Source: Macrostomum lignano | Lineage: Eukaryota | Assembly: GCA_002269645.1 (NCBI GenBank) | Contig: NIVC01003955.1 | Span: 1 to 64,000, forward strand | Length of the DNA: 64,000 nt | Reading direction: 5' to 3' | Part shown: in pieces, positions 1-12,132 of the stretch | Layout: every line of letters starts with the position of its first letter | How positions within the stretch are numbered: position 1 is the stretch's first letter | Program-made: the position numbers and the translations under genes | Notes under the pieces: generated by a model | Database searches by the model: none | What the model saw: only the letters and a program-made list of their open reading frames with translations | Told to the model about the DNA's origin: nothing

Positions 1-850
1 CTCCATGCACGCGGCGGATGAAGCAAGAATCACACAGTGCGAGGAGGGTGGGTGAGTTTAACAAAAGGAGCAGGAACAAAAGGCATATTCGGTCAAAAGA
101 TTGATGCTGATTTTATTTTAAAACTTGCCTGTGGTTTTTTAGCGTATTATCCACCGTGTCTTGCTGGGTTTCAATGCAGTGAAGTCAAGAATGCCCAACA
201 GGTGCAGAGTGCAGATCTAGAGCGTATGTAAAAAAAAATCGTCCTGCTACCGGATAACATCGAATTTAAAAAGTGAGAAAATTGTGTTAGCTCCGGTCTC
301 TTATCTTTTGCTCTCTCCTCATGGGTTCAGGCAAGACCACAGCGGCAGGACGGGCTCTGGAAATTTTTCGGCAGCTTCCGCAGCTACCAAACGAAAACAG
401 TCCTTTGTAAAACTGCGGAGGTCCACAGGTTGGATGAAAAAATCGATATTGTTCGTCTCCGGTGTAGCATCGACTTTTTTCAGAGCAGGGATCACATGCT
501 TTTTTGTTTTTTTTCACGTCGTTTTAGGCCGGAAGCCAACGCGGAAGGCTACAACTACCCAGCTTATGCAGCTCCACGTTTCCGTAGTGTGCTGAGAGTA
601 CGCTCACACACATCACTGACATCTTTACATTCTTGCAACATTGTGGCCGTTTACCCCCGCTACTCGTACCTGTAGCTACCTATAGTTTTCTCCCCACAGC
701 GATTCCTTCAACGCATCCTGAATGCTGTTATAAGCCCAAACGTCTAGACACTATTTACGCGTTATAACTAGTCTCGGTTCGTTTTAACAGTTGCCGCGAT
801 CATTGTAGATTAAACCTGATGATGTACCTTGGTAGTGCGAAACGGTCGAA
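1..850 (+). repeat. Diverged duplicated upstream block, homologous to about 5960-6780
   Basis: Colinear similarity, e.g. gcaagaatcac...gggtgagtttaaca-aaggagcaggaacaaa at 22-80 and 5969-6026. ORFs are not conserved between the copies. Confidence 0.75.
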
Positions 851-1819
851 AATCGCAAGCGCAATGTTGGTAGTCAGAGAGAGATCTTTCAAGTCGTGGG
901 ACCTACAGTAACTGCTTGGCAATTCCAGCAAACTTATAGTAGCTGTGAAACCAATAATTATAACTCATTAATTAATAATCCTTAATTATTATTCAATATA
1001 GTAGCACCATGCAACCAGTTGGATTTAAGTGGCCTGATAAACATTCGAAACTTTTCAATTTCTACTTGGTGCCAAGAACTACTTGTACATTTGTGAATCC
1101 TTGGGAAACAACTGGAAACATTTTTTGTAAATAATTTTTTAAGAGGGTCCATGCTCTGACGGTTGAAAGCTGATGGAATCTATAGTTTTTGAGTAGGCAA
1201 AATAATTGTTTGAAAGAATGCGAATTCAAACCGATAATTGGAGGAATAAACAAGAAGAGAGTAAAGAAAGTAAAAAGAAATCGTTTTTGGGAGATGCACA
1301 CTCTTCTAAGATGTGGTAAATTTCATCTCAAGTCGACAGACACATGTCTTTGTACTTTTAGTCGTTACAGTTGAAGCTAAATCCGCAAAAATTATTGCCA
1401 ACAGCGAGGATGCCTGTTTTCTAATATATTTGTTGCTATCTGAAATGATATCTACTGCCAAGTGCAACTGCTAGGATAAAGTATATTCGATTCGAAATTA
1501 ACAAAACGCTGATACGAGCTAACATATGTGTAGATTTTTTTCAGCAAGTAGAAAAAAAAAGTTTCGAATTGTGAGGCAGCTCTGTCGCTTGGTTTAAGAA
1601 AGTTCTAAGCAGAAGCACAGAGAGAAAACGCTTCTGGCTCTGGTGCAACGAACCCACCACGAATCCTGATTTGATTCCCAGCATTAATGTTGGTGTTGGA
1701 CACGGAAAATTATCTGGCGATTCTGCGTGTCCACAGGCGACCTTCTTGAACTTATACGCTCGTAATTCTTATTATTCAGGAAACTCCAATAGAATCATCG
1801 ATAGATAGATCGATAGTTC

Positions 1820-1992
1820 CTGAGCCATGAGGACAGCTCAAGTCTGGGATTGGCTGCGACGACCCGCCTCTGCTCAGACTTTCTTCCATATCTATGTGAT
1901 TTAGTCTCTAGCAAGCGTCTTCTCAGAAGCAGCTCCCAGAAAACAAGTAGCAGCAACCGCAACCTGCTTCCCGCCTGCAAGTCTATAAAAAA
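1820..1992 (+). promoter_or_regulatory. Conserved upstream block of the Gly-rich paralogues (GAGCCATGA...GGATTGGCTGCGA with reverse CCAAT box; TATA-like site)
   Basis: The same motifs occur at 1822-1859, 7006-7043 and, on the minus strand, 17761-17793. TATAAAA at 1984 and TATATAAG at 7163 lie about 120-130 bp before the ATG. Confidence 0.5.
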
Positions 1993-2115
1993 CTGAGAGT
2001 AACTATTTTGGAATTTCAGTAGTCAAAGGCCAAGTTAAATAGCTATTTATCAGCCTCCCTTGTTCACGAAGAATACAAAAAATTGAAGGCCGACAATCAA
2101 GCTACTCCTGGAAGC

Positions 2116-3623
2116 ATGAATGATAAAGTTCTGTCTTTACAATTACTTTGCTTATTCGGTAAGTGACTGCAATCTTGACTTAAAAACCTATGCTCACAGT
2201 TATTCAATGCATGCTGTTCATTACTGACCGCGCATTGCTCCAATGCAGTTTGCTGCTCACTCGTGCTTCGAGTACAAGGCACCAGTTTGCGGACCTATTC
2301 TGTGTGCTCAGAGCAGCAGCTTCACATGCTGGAAGCCGTTCTGAACGCCTACAACAACGTCACGACAACAACCAAGGCCACTGATGCAACCGACTGTCTA
2401 GCAAAGTGCCAGAGGGTGAGCTGCAGCGCTGCCGTCTCGGTGGAGAGCAATGCCACGTGCGAGATGGTCACCATAACAACCACCAAGCTGTCAATCTCAC
2501 TAAATCAGGTGCAGCAAGTCATCAGATCTCAGGTCGGTGCGAAGGTGTGGAAGGCGGACGACAGCGACTGGCCTTCGCCTGCAGTGCAGTTTCGGAGTGA
2601 GTCATCAATGCATAGTCTTAGTCGTGCGTGGCTACCATGATTTCGGCACAGACAGAAATTGCACTCACTCCAGTTTTGTAACTCGCTAACGCCGTTCCAT
2701 TGCAGACAGCAGCACAGGTAGAAACGGCTCAATCCAAAGCGTCCTCATCAACACGACCGGCTGCTACCTGATCAAAGCTGCCGGAGCCAGAGGTGGCGAC
2801 AACTTACTGACGAACAAAGCCGGAGGCCAGGGAGCCCAGGTGAGCGCCAGAGTCAACCTGACAGCCGGCACACAGCTGAGCATCGTTGTGGTCAGATGGG
2901 CGGCTCGACCTCGTTGGATATCGAAGGAGGCGGCGGAGGGGGCGGCAGCTTTGTGTACCGGACGGTCGACCAGCTGCTGCTGCTGGCTGCCGGCGGAGGC
3001 GGCGGAGCATCAACCGGTGAAAATGGTGAGCTTAGTAGCTGCAGTAGGTAGATTCTACAATATACGAAACAAAAACCGGCATTAGATTACATAGATTACA
3101 TCGGCAGTTTGATTGATTTAAATGTAGGACAGCCGGGAGAGACTTGGATAAACGGTTCTGACAGCATCGGAGCAAACAGCGCATACACGGGATTCGGCGG
3201 CAGCAACGGTCAGCCGGGCTACAACAATCCCGCTGACACCCCAAGCGATAGAACCCATGGAGGCTGCGGCGCCGGCTGGCTCGGCAGGGCCGTCAGCCCT
3301 AGGCGGAGCTCCTTGGACGGAGAGAGAGGCGGCAGTCTGGCCGACGCTGGGTCGGCGGCAGCGCCGGAGACGGCAGCGTCTGCGACGGAGGCTTCGGCGG
3401 AGGCGGTGGAGGCGGCCACAGGACCGGCTCACTGAAAGGCGCCCCTGGAGCCGGCGGCGGCTTCAGCGGCGGCGGAGCCGGACTGAGCCACGGCCACATC
3501 GGCGGCGGCGGCGGCTCCTTCTGTAGTGGCGGCTGCGTGTTCGGCGGCACCTGGATCGGGGACCAGGGCTTCGTGTCTGTCATACTGGAGTCGGCCTCAG
3601 CCGCCTGCGACTTGGGAGCCTGA
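2116..3623 (+). CDS. Paralogue A: secreted protein, signal peptide + Cys-rich PAN-like domain + ALK/LTK-type glycine-rich domain; 4 exons, two 1-bp frameshifts (pseudogene or assembly error)
   Basis: Exons 2116-2158, 2249-2596, 2706-3025, 3128-3623 with GT-AG junctions in consistent phase. Spliced N-terminus MNDKVLSLQLLCLFVCCSLVLRVQG is signal-like; CLAKCQRVSC...C follows; then GCYLIKAAGARGG...GGGGGGGSFVY...LLLAAGGGGG...GGFGGGGGGG, matching the ALK/LTK glycine-rich pattern. One G is missing at about 2890 and one at about 3346 relative to the paralogues. Confidence 0.8.
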
Positions 3624-5159
3624 TGGCACTGCAACCGCTTGTTGAGGTGGGGTTTAACTAGTCGAGTTTTGGCTTGGATGGTCACCGATTAACACCGCTT
3701 AGTCTTCTGAACCTTGACGCCTGCCTTCTGGGACAAGAAGTCGTGATAGTGATTAGGGGAGCATAACACGTAAATGGATTAAAGTTGCTAACAATATAAA
3801 AGGGGTAGGATAATAGAGTAAGCTTAAAGATTTGATCAGTTCGCAGTTTCATATTCATCATTTTCGCAGTTCTTTCTGTTAAACCGATGAATTCTATCCA
3901 TTTCTCAATTCCAACACCTGAAATCGACGAATCGTTTCGAGCTCTGTTTCGAGACTTGTTTGCACTATACTACTGGCGATAAGAACATTGTAAGTAGTGT
4001 AGCACTTTTTCCTGTTTCCCTCCTAAACTTTTCGAACTAAACTGCCTTGAAATTTTTTTTTAATTTTTCACTGCTACTGAATTTGCACTCAGACAACTCA
4101 AACAGTTCTCAATTCCCAATTATTAATAAATACTGAATGCACTAGTCTCTCCGTAGCCGCTCGTCTTTTTTCCTGCCAGAGAATTTCTGGAGGTTTTTTT
4201 AGACGGGCGAAAAATGTTTGTGAGTTCAGCTGTCTTTCAGTGTCTGTTTTCGGCTCATGCCAAGGCCGCTCGGCTGCAACTCCAGGGCTCATTGGAATTG
4301 CATGCCTTGAAACTTGTTAAGTAGAACGCAAAACTTGTAAACGATAGCTTTCCTTACAAGTTAAACGTTTTGCCTTGAAGGCGAATCCTTGGGTTTCCAT
4401 GTGCTGTGTCTGAGACATCTACCTAGAGCGATTTCCCCGTTCACTACCCTAATCTGGGCGGCGAACGATGGAAGGCTTCTACTGACCCGGCTGAAACGAA
4501 TCACCAGTGTCATCTATACTGATGGAGCGCCTGGACGATAAGGGCCATACCTTGTCATTTTTTCGGGTGCTCAAGTATATCTTCCAGTCCGTTTTGCATC
4601 ATCGTCACGTGCTTTTCGCAGCAAGCGAAATCTGCTGCCTTCTGCTCGCTATACACATTTGAGATTGATGTGTGGCTTAAGCGTGCCTACACGCAGGTGT
4701 CTACACGCAGAAGATCGTCGTGCTCTGCGTGCGGGACGACATCGAGGCTGCCATTTTGTGCCAAGGCGCAGATGGACAGGCAACGGAGCTTCCAGTTTGC
4801 AGTTGTTTTAACAAGTTTCCATTATCGACAGCGCGAGCCTGAGAACAAATCCTGAGAATCAAGTAGAAGTCAACGCTTAGAATGTTAATCAGGCACTTTA
4901 AACCCAATGGTGTCAAAGGTGTAATGGAGTAATAATTGAGGATTATGACAGCTACTATTATAACTTTGTTGCAATCAGAGAAAATCTGTACTCTATACAT
5001 AAAAAGTCTTTTTACCGGTGTACAAATTTGATCGCTATGGACTCCTAAACCTGTCAACCAAAAAGCAAAAATATATTTGCACCCATCCTAAACTTACTAC
5101 GGAAAAGTCTTTGGCTATTTTTTTAATTTCCTAAAGGCAAGTAATTCAAGTCAGTGTTA

Positions 5160-5370
5160 CTACAGTGCCCATCTACTAATTCTCGCCGAGGTGCCAGCGA
5201 GAGTGCTGCAACCATACAGCCGGAGCAGCGGCTGATGTTCAGTGTGGAACTCGAACGTCCGATTCTGAAGGTAGTGCTTTAGGCGAGACACAGCGCAAAC
5301 AATGGCTATGGCTTCTCTTTCAATATTGGAATGATTTTCCTCTGCCTCTGCCCTGCTTTGTCCTGGCACC
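5160..5370 (-). mobile_element. Ty3/Gypsy retrotransposon RNase H-like fragment
   Basis: HSNIEREAIAIVCAVSRLKHYLQNRTFEFHTEHQPL...ARISRWAL matches the Gypsy RT-RNaseH pattern (YS.IE.EALAIV.A...F..YL.G..F...TDH.PL...R..RW.L). Confidence 0.85.
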
Positions 5371-5959
5371 GAAGTCTTGCAACGAGAACTGATTCTGTAC
5401 CTGAACGCCTTCGCAGTTCATATTATTATGATCATCAACATTTAAAATAATGAGAATGAGCAAATGAGAAACTTTCTGACCGAATTATAAATGGGGTAGA
5501 TCGATTTTTAAATGAATCATACGAGCATAGAGATCTGAGGCAGGTTGAACTGCTTGTAATCTATCAGCGTCTGACGCAACTGACTCGGCTGTAGTACTGC
5601 AAGTTTCCAGTTACTGTTGGAGTACGCTACTCTCATTCTGAATGAGTATCGCTGCAAACCGGATGCAAACTCACAGACCGGTTAAATACCTTCTCAAACC
5701 AAGCAAACAACCAGAAATAATTGGAGTTGGAGTCGCTTCTGCAGAAAATGCTGCGGCTCTGGGTGATGTGTCAATGGTATTTCTTTTGTGCCAGCAATTA
5801 CCACAACGCATCTTTATGCGACTCGGGGGATTAAGCTTCAAATTCTGCGCCAAATCCTGAAAATATAGTTTCGTAGCTTTCGGAAACTCAAGTCGGTATT
5901 ATTTTGCTATTATTGACTGGAATTTTAGGGCTGGTCTACCGATATTTCATTGCCCCTCT

Positions 5960-6780
5960 TCTCATTGACGCAAGAATCACATCGCGAGGGGGACGGGTGA
6001 GTTTAACAGAAGGAGCAGGAACAAAGGAATATGTGCACAAAAAATAAATGCTGATTCTATTATTAAAACTGGCGTATGGTTTTTGCGTCCTATCCACCGT
6101 GTCCGGGCGTCAATGGAGTAAGACAAGTAAGCCCAAAAGCCCAAAAACCTAAATCTCGGAGCTTATATGAAAAAAATCAATATCATACTGCTGCGGTACA
6201 CCATCGAATTAAAAAAAAGCAAGACACTTGTGTTACGCCGGTCCCTTTACTTCCGTCTCCACAGAAAGACAGCGCGAGACGGGCTCTAGCAATTTTTTCG
6301 GCAGCTTCCGCAACTACCAAACCCCTTATGCTGCCGTTTGTGAAACAATGCGGAGGTCCAAAGCTTGGATGCAAAAAATGATATCAATTTTCTCAGAGCA
6401 GGAGCCCATTTTTATTTGTTTTTTCTTCAGTTTTTTTTTCACAACAGCCAGGCCGGAAGCCAACGTGGAAGCCCTCAGCACCAAGATTATGGATAGTGGC
6501 GTAGCTCACGCTGTCCGCGTGTGCTGATGATGCGCTCACCGCACCACTGACATTTTAAAATTTGATCAGCATTGTTCTGTTTGACGTTTCCTACCCCTGG
6601 CTATTCAATTCAACCTCACAGTTTTATTCAACCATGCTGAATGCCGTTTCCACATCAATATACTGACACTATTTAATACGAATTGTCTCAGTTCGTTTCA
6701 ATTGTTTAATCAATCATTGCAGAATAAACCTGATGATGCACCTTAGTGTGCGAAACGCGTCGAAAATTGTAAACAAATTT
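5960..6780 (+). repeat. Second copy of the duplicated upstream block
   Basis: Colinear with 1-850, ending in the same CTGATGA...GAAAC motif. Confidence 0.75.
6730..6761 (+). ncRNA. Putative minimal type I hammerhead ribozyme core (degenerate second copy at 816-847)
   Basis: CTGATGA-T-GCAC-cttagt-GTGC-GAAAC-GCGTC: conserved core boxes, 4-bp stem II and palindromic ACGCGT before the GUC site. Stem I pairing is poor. Confidence 0.4.
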
Positions 6781-6789
6781 GATACTTTG

Positions 6790-6801
6790 AGGGAGAGAGA
6801 A

Positions 6802-6888
<87 letters not shown>

Positions 6889-6892
6889 GAGT
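6790..6892. repeat. (GA)n microsatellite
   Basis: Direct inspection. Confidence 0.98.
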
Positions 6893-7282
6893 AATTGCCA
6901 CACCGCTTTCTGTGTAATGCAACGACAACTCTCCTGCAATTATGATTATTATTTAAGAAGCTCCTGCAGAGCAGCACCCAAAAGCCATCGATAGACAAAG
7001 CTCCTGAGCCATGAGGACAGCTCAAGTCTGGGATTGGCTGCGAACACGCCTCTGCTCAGACTTACTTCCACATCTACTTGATTTAGTCTCTAGCAAGCGT
7101 CTTCTCACAAGCAGCTCTCAAAAACAAATAGCACCAACCCCACTCTGCTTCCCGCCTGCGAGTATATAAGCAACGGATATATGAGTAATTGATTCGCGAC
7201 TTTAGTAGTCAAAATTAGCTACCTCTCAAGCCTTCTGCTCAAGAAGAATCGCAAGAAATCGAATGCCGACAATCAAGAGAGC

Positions 7283-10200
7283 ATGACTGATAAAATTTTG
7301 TCTTTACAATTACTTTTCTTATTCGGTAAGTGACTCCCTTCCTGACTCAAAACCGCTGCTCACAGTTTTTCAATGCATGCTGTTCATTACTGACCGCTCA
7401 TTGCCCCAACGCAGTTTGCTGCTCTCTCGTGCTTCGAGTACAAGGCACCACCAGTTTGCGGACCTATTCTGTGTGCTCAGAGCAGCAGCTTCACATGCTG
7501 GAAGCCGTTCTGAAGGCCTACAACAACGTCACGACAACAACCAAGGCCACTGATGCAACCGACTGTCTGGCAAAGTGCCAGAGGGTAAGCTGCAGCGCTG
7601 CCGTCTCGGTGGAGAGCAATGCCACGTGCGAGATGGTCACCATAACAACCGCCAAGCTGTCAATCTCACCAAATCAGGTGCAGCAAGTCATCGGATCTCA
7701 GGTCGGTGCGAAGGTGTGGAAGGCGGACGACAGCGACTGGCCTTCGCCTGCAGTGCATCTTCGGAGTGAGTCAGCAATTCATAGTCGTGGGTGGTTTTAA
7801 ATCTAGAGAAGATACAAGAGCAGCAATGGCACGTAAAAGCAAAAGTTCGAAATCAAAGTGTAGTTGGCAAAACCAATTAAATTGGTGATGCAAAAAAGAA
7901 CTTTAGAGAAAAAACATTGAGCTGTCGCAGGCAGCCAAAACCGCTGAGTAGACGGAGCAAGACGCAAATATAAGGGCGACGGCGCCCAACCCCACCGGGT
8001 CACCACCCCATGCACGCAGAGCCGAGTAACGCCCTCCCCCCCTCTACAGCGCGGGCAGAGAGAGAAAGGACGCACGCAAGGCGACATAGGCAGGGCAGAG
8101 TAGTGTTGCCTAAAACTGGTTAGTAACAAGTCAGAAGCAGTCACAGACCAACGCATTAAACCTAAAGAAGATCAACAGCAGCATTGCCACGAACGGAGAT
8201 GCGCGGTAGCAACCTGATTCTAATCAGGTGCTGCCAGTCTCATCTTCCTCTTTGATCTGGAACTCAACCAGCTGTCTTTCTGTCCTCACAAAGAGCGGAT
8301 TCGTAGTTGCTGACTTCGGCGACTGATTGAGCTGGCTTTTTGACGATGAAGAATTCATGACGCAGGCTAGTATATTGAAACTATGGTGAGACACCGGGTG
8401 AAAAATCGACCCAGTGTCTGAATTGGTGGCTTTGCCTGGCGGCTTGGCGGGCGGGTTAGATTTTGTGAGTAGTTTAAGAGTGGTGATTAGTTAATCAAAA
8501 ACTCCCACTTCCAGACCGCAAGTCTGGGAACAGAATTTAGTGATCACTCACTATTGCGGGCTCTTCAGTTGTCAGACAGATCCATAGAGCTTGTCTTCTC
8601 AATGTAGTCTTCCTACGGAGTTTCTTGGATTCTGAAGTCGGCCGAGTATGAGAGCACTTTAGTGAACGTAACACTTCAATCTGTCGACGTCAATGTATTC
8701 TTCGAAATTAGTAATCAAAATCAGAGATGAGCCCTATTAGCAAAGTAAACCCAGTAACAATAACGAGGTCCTCTGAGAGGGCGTCTTCTGAGGGAGAATC
8801 AGAGTCTTGTGCCCCTATCTGTTACTCTAGGGTACCAAAATCAATCAATCGATAATTGTCTAAGAGTATCGGAATCGGTCCGCAGATCTTATCCAATCCC
8901 TTAGAAATAGGGAGGCCTCAAAGTCAACAACTCTATAGAAATCAACTGATCAGTACGGCCGGCGGTAACAAAGCTCTCAGTAATCAAATAACAAAGACTC
9001 CAACAAAGACTTACCGAACGATATCTACTTCTCTCAGAGATGTAGCCTCGTAGTTCTTGGTTGTTCTCAAGTCCTCTTGAGGCTGCTCCGAGTCTAAGAT
9101 TCCATCTCGGATTTTTTGCTTGTATTTATAAGCAATTTTTGCGAGATATGAATAATACGAGTAGCATGATTCATCTTTTTCATTATAAATGATAACATTA
9201 TCCATTTCTCCATTTAATTAGTAACATGATTAACAGTTTAAGTTTTGCTGTGCGTGTTTGCATTAGTCTACTTACAGTAACATTCTATGAATGGATAAAC
9301 CTCTACATTTGTCAGTAGTTAGGGCGCCATCAGACGTGACTGTATAGAGTATGAGGAAGGAGGCGAGACGGGATAGAATGAAGCAGTATGCGAGACAGCA
9401 GGCAAAGCTGAAGGCGAGGCAGAGGGTGAGGCAACGTCGATCAGCTTTTTGGGCCCGCGCCTTTGGTGTGCTGATGGACAAAACTCACAAATCCGGCAGG
9501 CGTAAGAAAAATTGCAAGGCTGCCCCGGACCTCCCTGGTTGCGGTTGAAAAAGGCGCAAATCGTCTGGCCCCATTATATTGTTATTAGACGTTGCTACTG
9601 GAAGACTTCTTGCTGCTTCTTCTTTGAAGGTTCGGCGCTGCCGTCATGTGCTTGATACATGGATTATACGAGTAAGATTGAGGTCTGGGCTGTCTGAGTC
9701 TCTTTGTAGCTCGTACAGTAACAGACATATGTCCTCATCAGATCAAAGGACGATATTCTAATGGTTGTTTGCTGCTATGAGCTGGCGGATATTTATGTTG
9801 AAATTGGGGTAAGCCTTCAAGCGACACACGTCAATACTTCAATCGCTTTCTTTAGAGACGAGCTGGTTGGGGCCTATCAGCTGCAGCATTATTCTGGAGT
9901 TTGCAGCGATCCAATGCGAGATGAGCCGGCCGCATCTTCGCTGAAAGCAGACCAAAAAGTGTTAAAATCGGGTTAAACTCTACAGCTGTGGCACTTGCAG
10001 CTCGATCCACCATCCAGTTTTCTGAATCTCGCTAATAAGTCTGGGCGATGTTGTCGGGTTGAATATCTCGGATTCTTCCTCGTTCAGCAGCTGATTTATC
10101 GCTGCTCTTCTGTTGTGTCTCCTTCTGCAGCATTTCAAGCCGTTCAATAAGCTCTTGTATACTCGTATTTACCGAAGCCGGCAGGCCATTGTCTCTCAGA

Positions 10201-11485
10201 GCCGTGAGAACTTGGGCCATTTTTAACCGGTCGATATCAGATATGACGGCAAATCGAAAATTTACAGCTAAAGTTTTGAGCTCATACAGACATCCCAAAG
10301 CACTGAGTAAACATAGCGAGATGCAAATACAAGACGCCGAGGCTAAAGCCCGCCCCCACCAGGCCACCACTCAAGGCACACAGAGCCAAGCAGTCCATAC
10401 AGCGTGGACAAGTGGAAGAGAGAACGCATGCAGGGCGACACTGGCAGGGCCGAAGATTGGGATTCAAAACTGGATAGTCACAGGTTAGAACCAGTCACAA
10501 ACCAACGCAACTACGATTCTGGCACAGACAAAAATTGCACTCACTCCAGTTCTGTAACTCGCTGACGCTGCTCCGTTGCAGACAGCAGCACAGGTAGAAA
10601 CGGCTCAATCCAAAGCGTCCTCATCAACACGACCGGCTGCTACCTGATCAAAGCTGCCGGCGCCAGAGGTGGCCACAACTTACTGAGGAGCACATCTGGA
10701 GGCCAGGGAGCCCAGGTGAGCGCCAGAGTCAACCTGACAGCCGGCACACAGCTGAGCATCGTTGTGGGTCAGATGGGCGGCTCGACCTCCTTGGATTTAG
10801 AAGGAGGCGGTGGAGGGGGCGGCAGCTTTGTGTACCGGACGGTCGACCAGCTGCTGCTGCTTGCTGCCGGCGGAGGCGGCGGAGCTTCCTTTAGTAGAAA
10901 CGGTGAGCTCAGTGGCTGCATTTTGCTAAAAATATGTAAATTATGAACCGAAAAGCCACTGATAAGCAGCTTGCTTGATTATACCGTAGGACAACAGGGA
11001 GAGACTGGGATAAACGGTTCTGACAGTCTTGGTGCCGGCACTACCCTGGCTGGATTCGGCGGCACCAACGGTAATCCGGGCTCCAACAGCCCCTCTGGAA
11101 CCCAAGCCATAGCAACCACGGTGGCTGCGGCGCCGGCTGGCTCGGCAGGGCCGTCAGCCCCAGGAGGAGCTCCTCGGACGGAGAGAGAGGCGGCAGTCTG
11201 GCTGACGGCTGGGTCGGCGGCAGCGCCGGAGATGGCAGCGTCTGCGACGGAGGCTTCGGCGGAGGCGGCGGATGCGGCAGCAGGACCAGCCCACTTAATG
11301 GAACGGCTGGAGGTGGTGGCGGCTTCAGCGGTGGCGGAGCCGGACTGGGCTTCGGCCACAGCGGCGGCGGCGGCGGCTCCTTCTGTAGTGGCGGCTGCGT
11401 GTTCGGCGGCACCTGGACCGGCGACCAGGGCTTCGTGTCCGTCCTGCTGGAGTCGGACTCAGCCACCTGCAACTTGGACACCTGA
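7283..11485 (+). CDS. Paralogue B of the PAN-like + ALK/LTK-type Gly-rich secreted protein; intron 2 enlarged by a 2.7-kb insertion; one 1-bp frameshift
   Basis: Exons 7283-7325, 7415-7765, 10582-10902, 10990-11485 use the same splice sites and phases as A and C. One C is missing in the CCC run at about 11101. Confidence 0.8.
7794..10510. mobile_element. About 2.7-kb insertion in intron 2 of paralogue B with diverged direct terminal repeats (decayed retroelement-like)
   Basis: The intron sequence of A/C (gtcgtg-gtgg|ctac-atgatt..ggcacagac) is split here. About 7910-8152 resembles about 10272-10509, both ending ...gtcaca-accaacgca. A short minus-strand ORF (MAQVLTALRDNGLP...) lies inside. Confidence 0.55.
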
Positions 11486-12132
11486 TGCCGCAGAAACCGC
11501 TTGTTGAAATGGGATTTGGCCAGTCGTGGTTTAACTTGGATGGTCACTGATTAATGCTGCTTATTCTTTTGAACCTTAAGGCTTTTCTTCTGAGACAAAG
11601 AGCTTACGCTTGTAGTGCTAGGGAGGCTGTGATAGCGACCAGTAGACCATTAAAGATAAATAGAATACGCTCGTATTTGTGCCTAGAGACAATATAGTCT
11701 GGGTAGGGTTATAAAGTAGGCATGATGAATCTGATTCGTTCGTGGTTTTACATTAATATTTTCTGAAGTTTTCTCCGTTAATTCAATTTTTATCCATCAT
11801 TTATCAACGTCAAAGATGTTAATTTTAAGATATTTGCGCTATACTGCTGGTGACGGGAACATTGTAGTGTAGCATTTTAGAGTTAAGTGACTCGAAATCT
11901 GACTACTCACTAAGTTCTTATCACTAAATACACTAAATACACTTCTTTGTCCGTAGCCGCTCGTCCTTTTTTCCTACCGGAGAATTGTCGGAGGTTTTTT
12001 TAGACGAGCGGAAAAATGTGTGTTCATCTGTCCTTCAATGTCTGCTTTCGGTGCATGCCAAGGCCGCTCGACTGCAGCTGCCTTCCTGCTCGCATCTGCG
12101 CCCTTCCATACTGCTTGATAAAGCGGGACGGA

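Noticed and set aside
321-345. MGSGKTT P-loop-like peptide
   Set aside because: A stop follows within about 30 codons and the motif is absent from the homologous copy at about 6250; likely chance.
3109-3685. Ala-rich and Pro-rich ORFs overlapping the Gly-rich exons (also 10971-11547 and 16168-16834)
   Set aside because: Shifted-frame or antisense shadows of GGC-rich coding sequence, partly exposed by the 1-bp frameshifts.
9720-9745. Minus-strand CTGATGAG followed by a palindrome as a second hammerhead
   Set aside because: No GAAA box follows stem II.
10716-11485. A fourth, headless paralogue
   Set aside because: It is exons 3-4 of paralogue B, separated from exons 1-2 by the intronic insertion.
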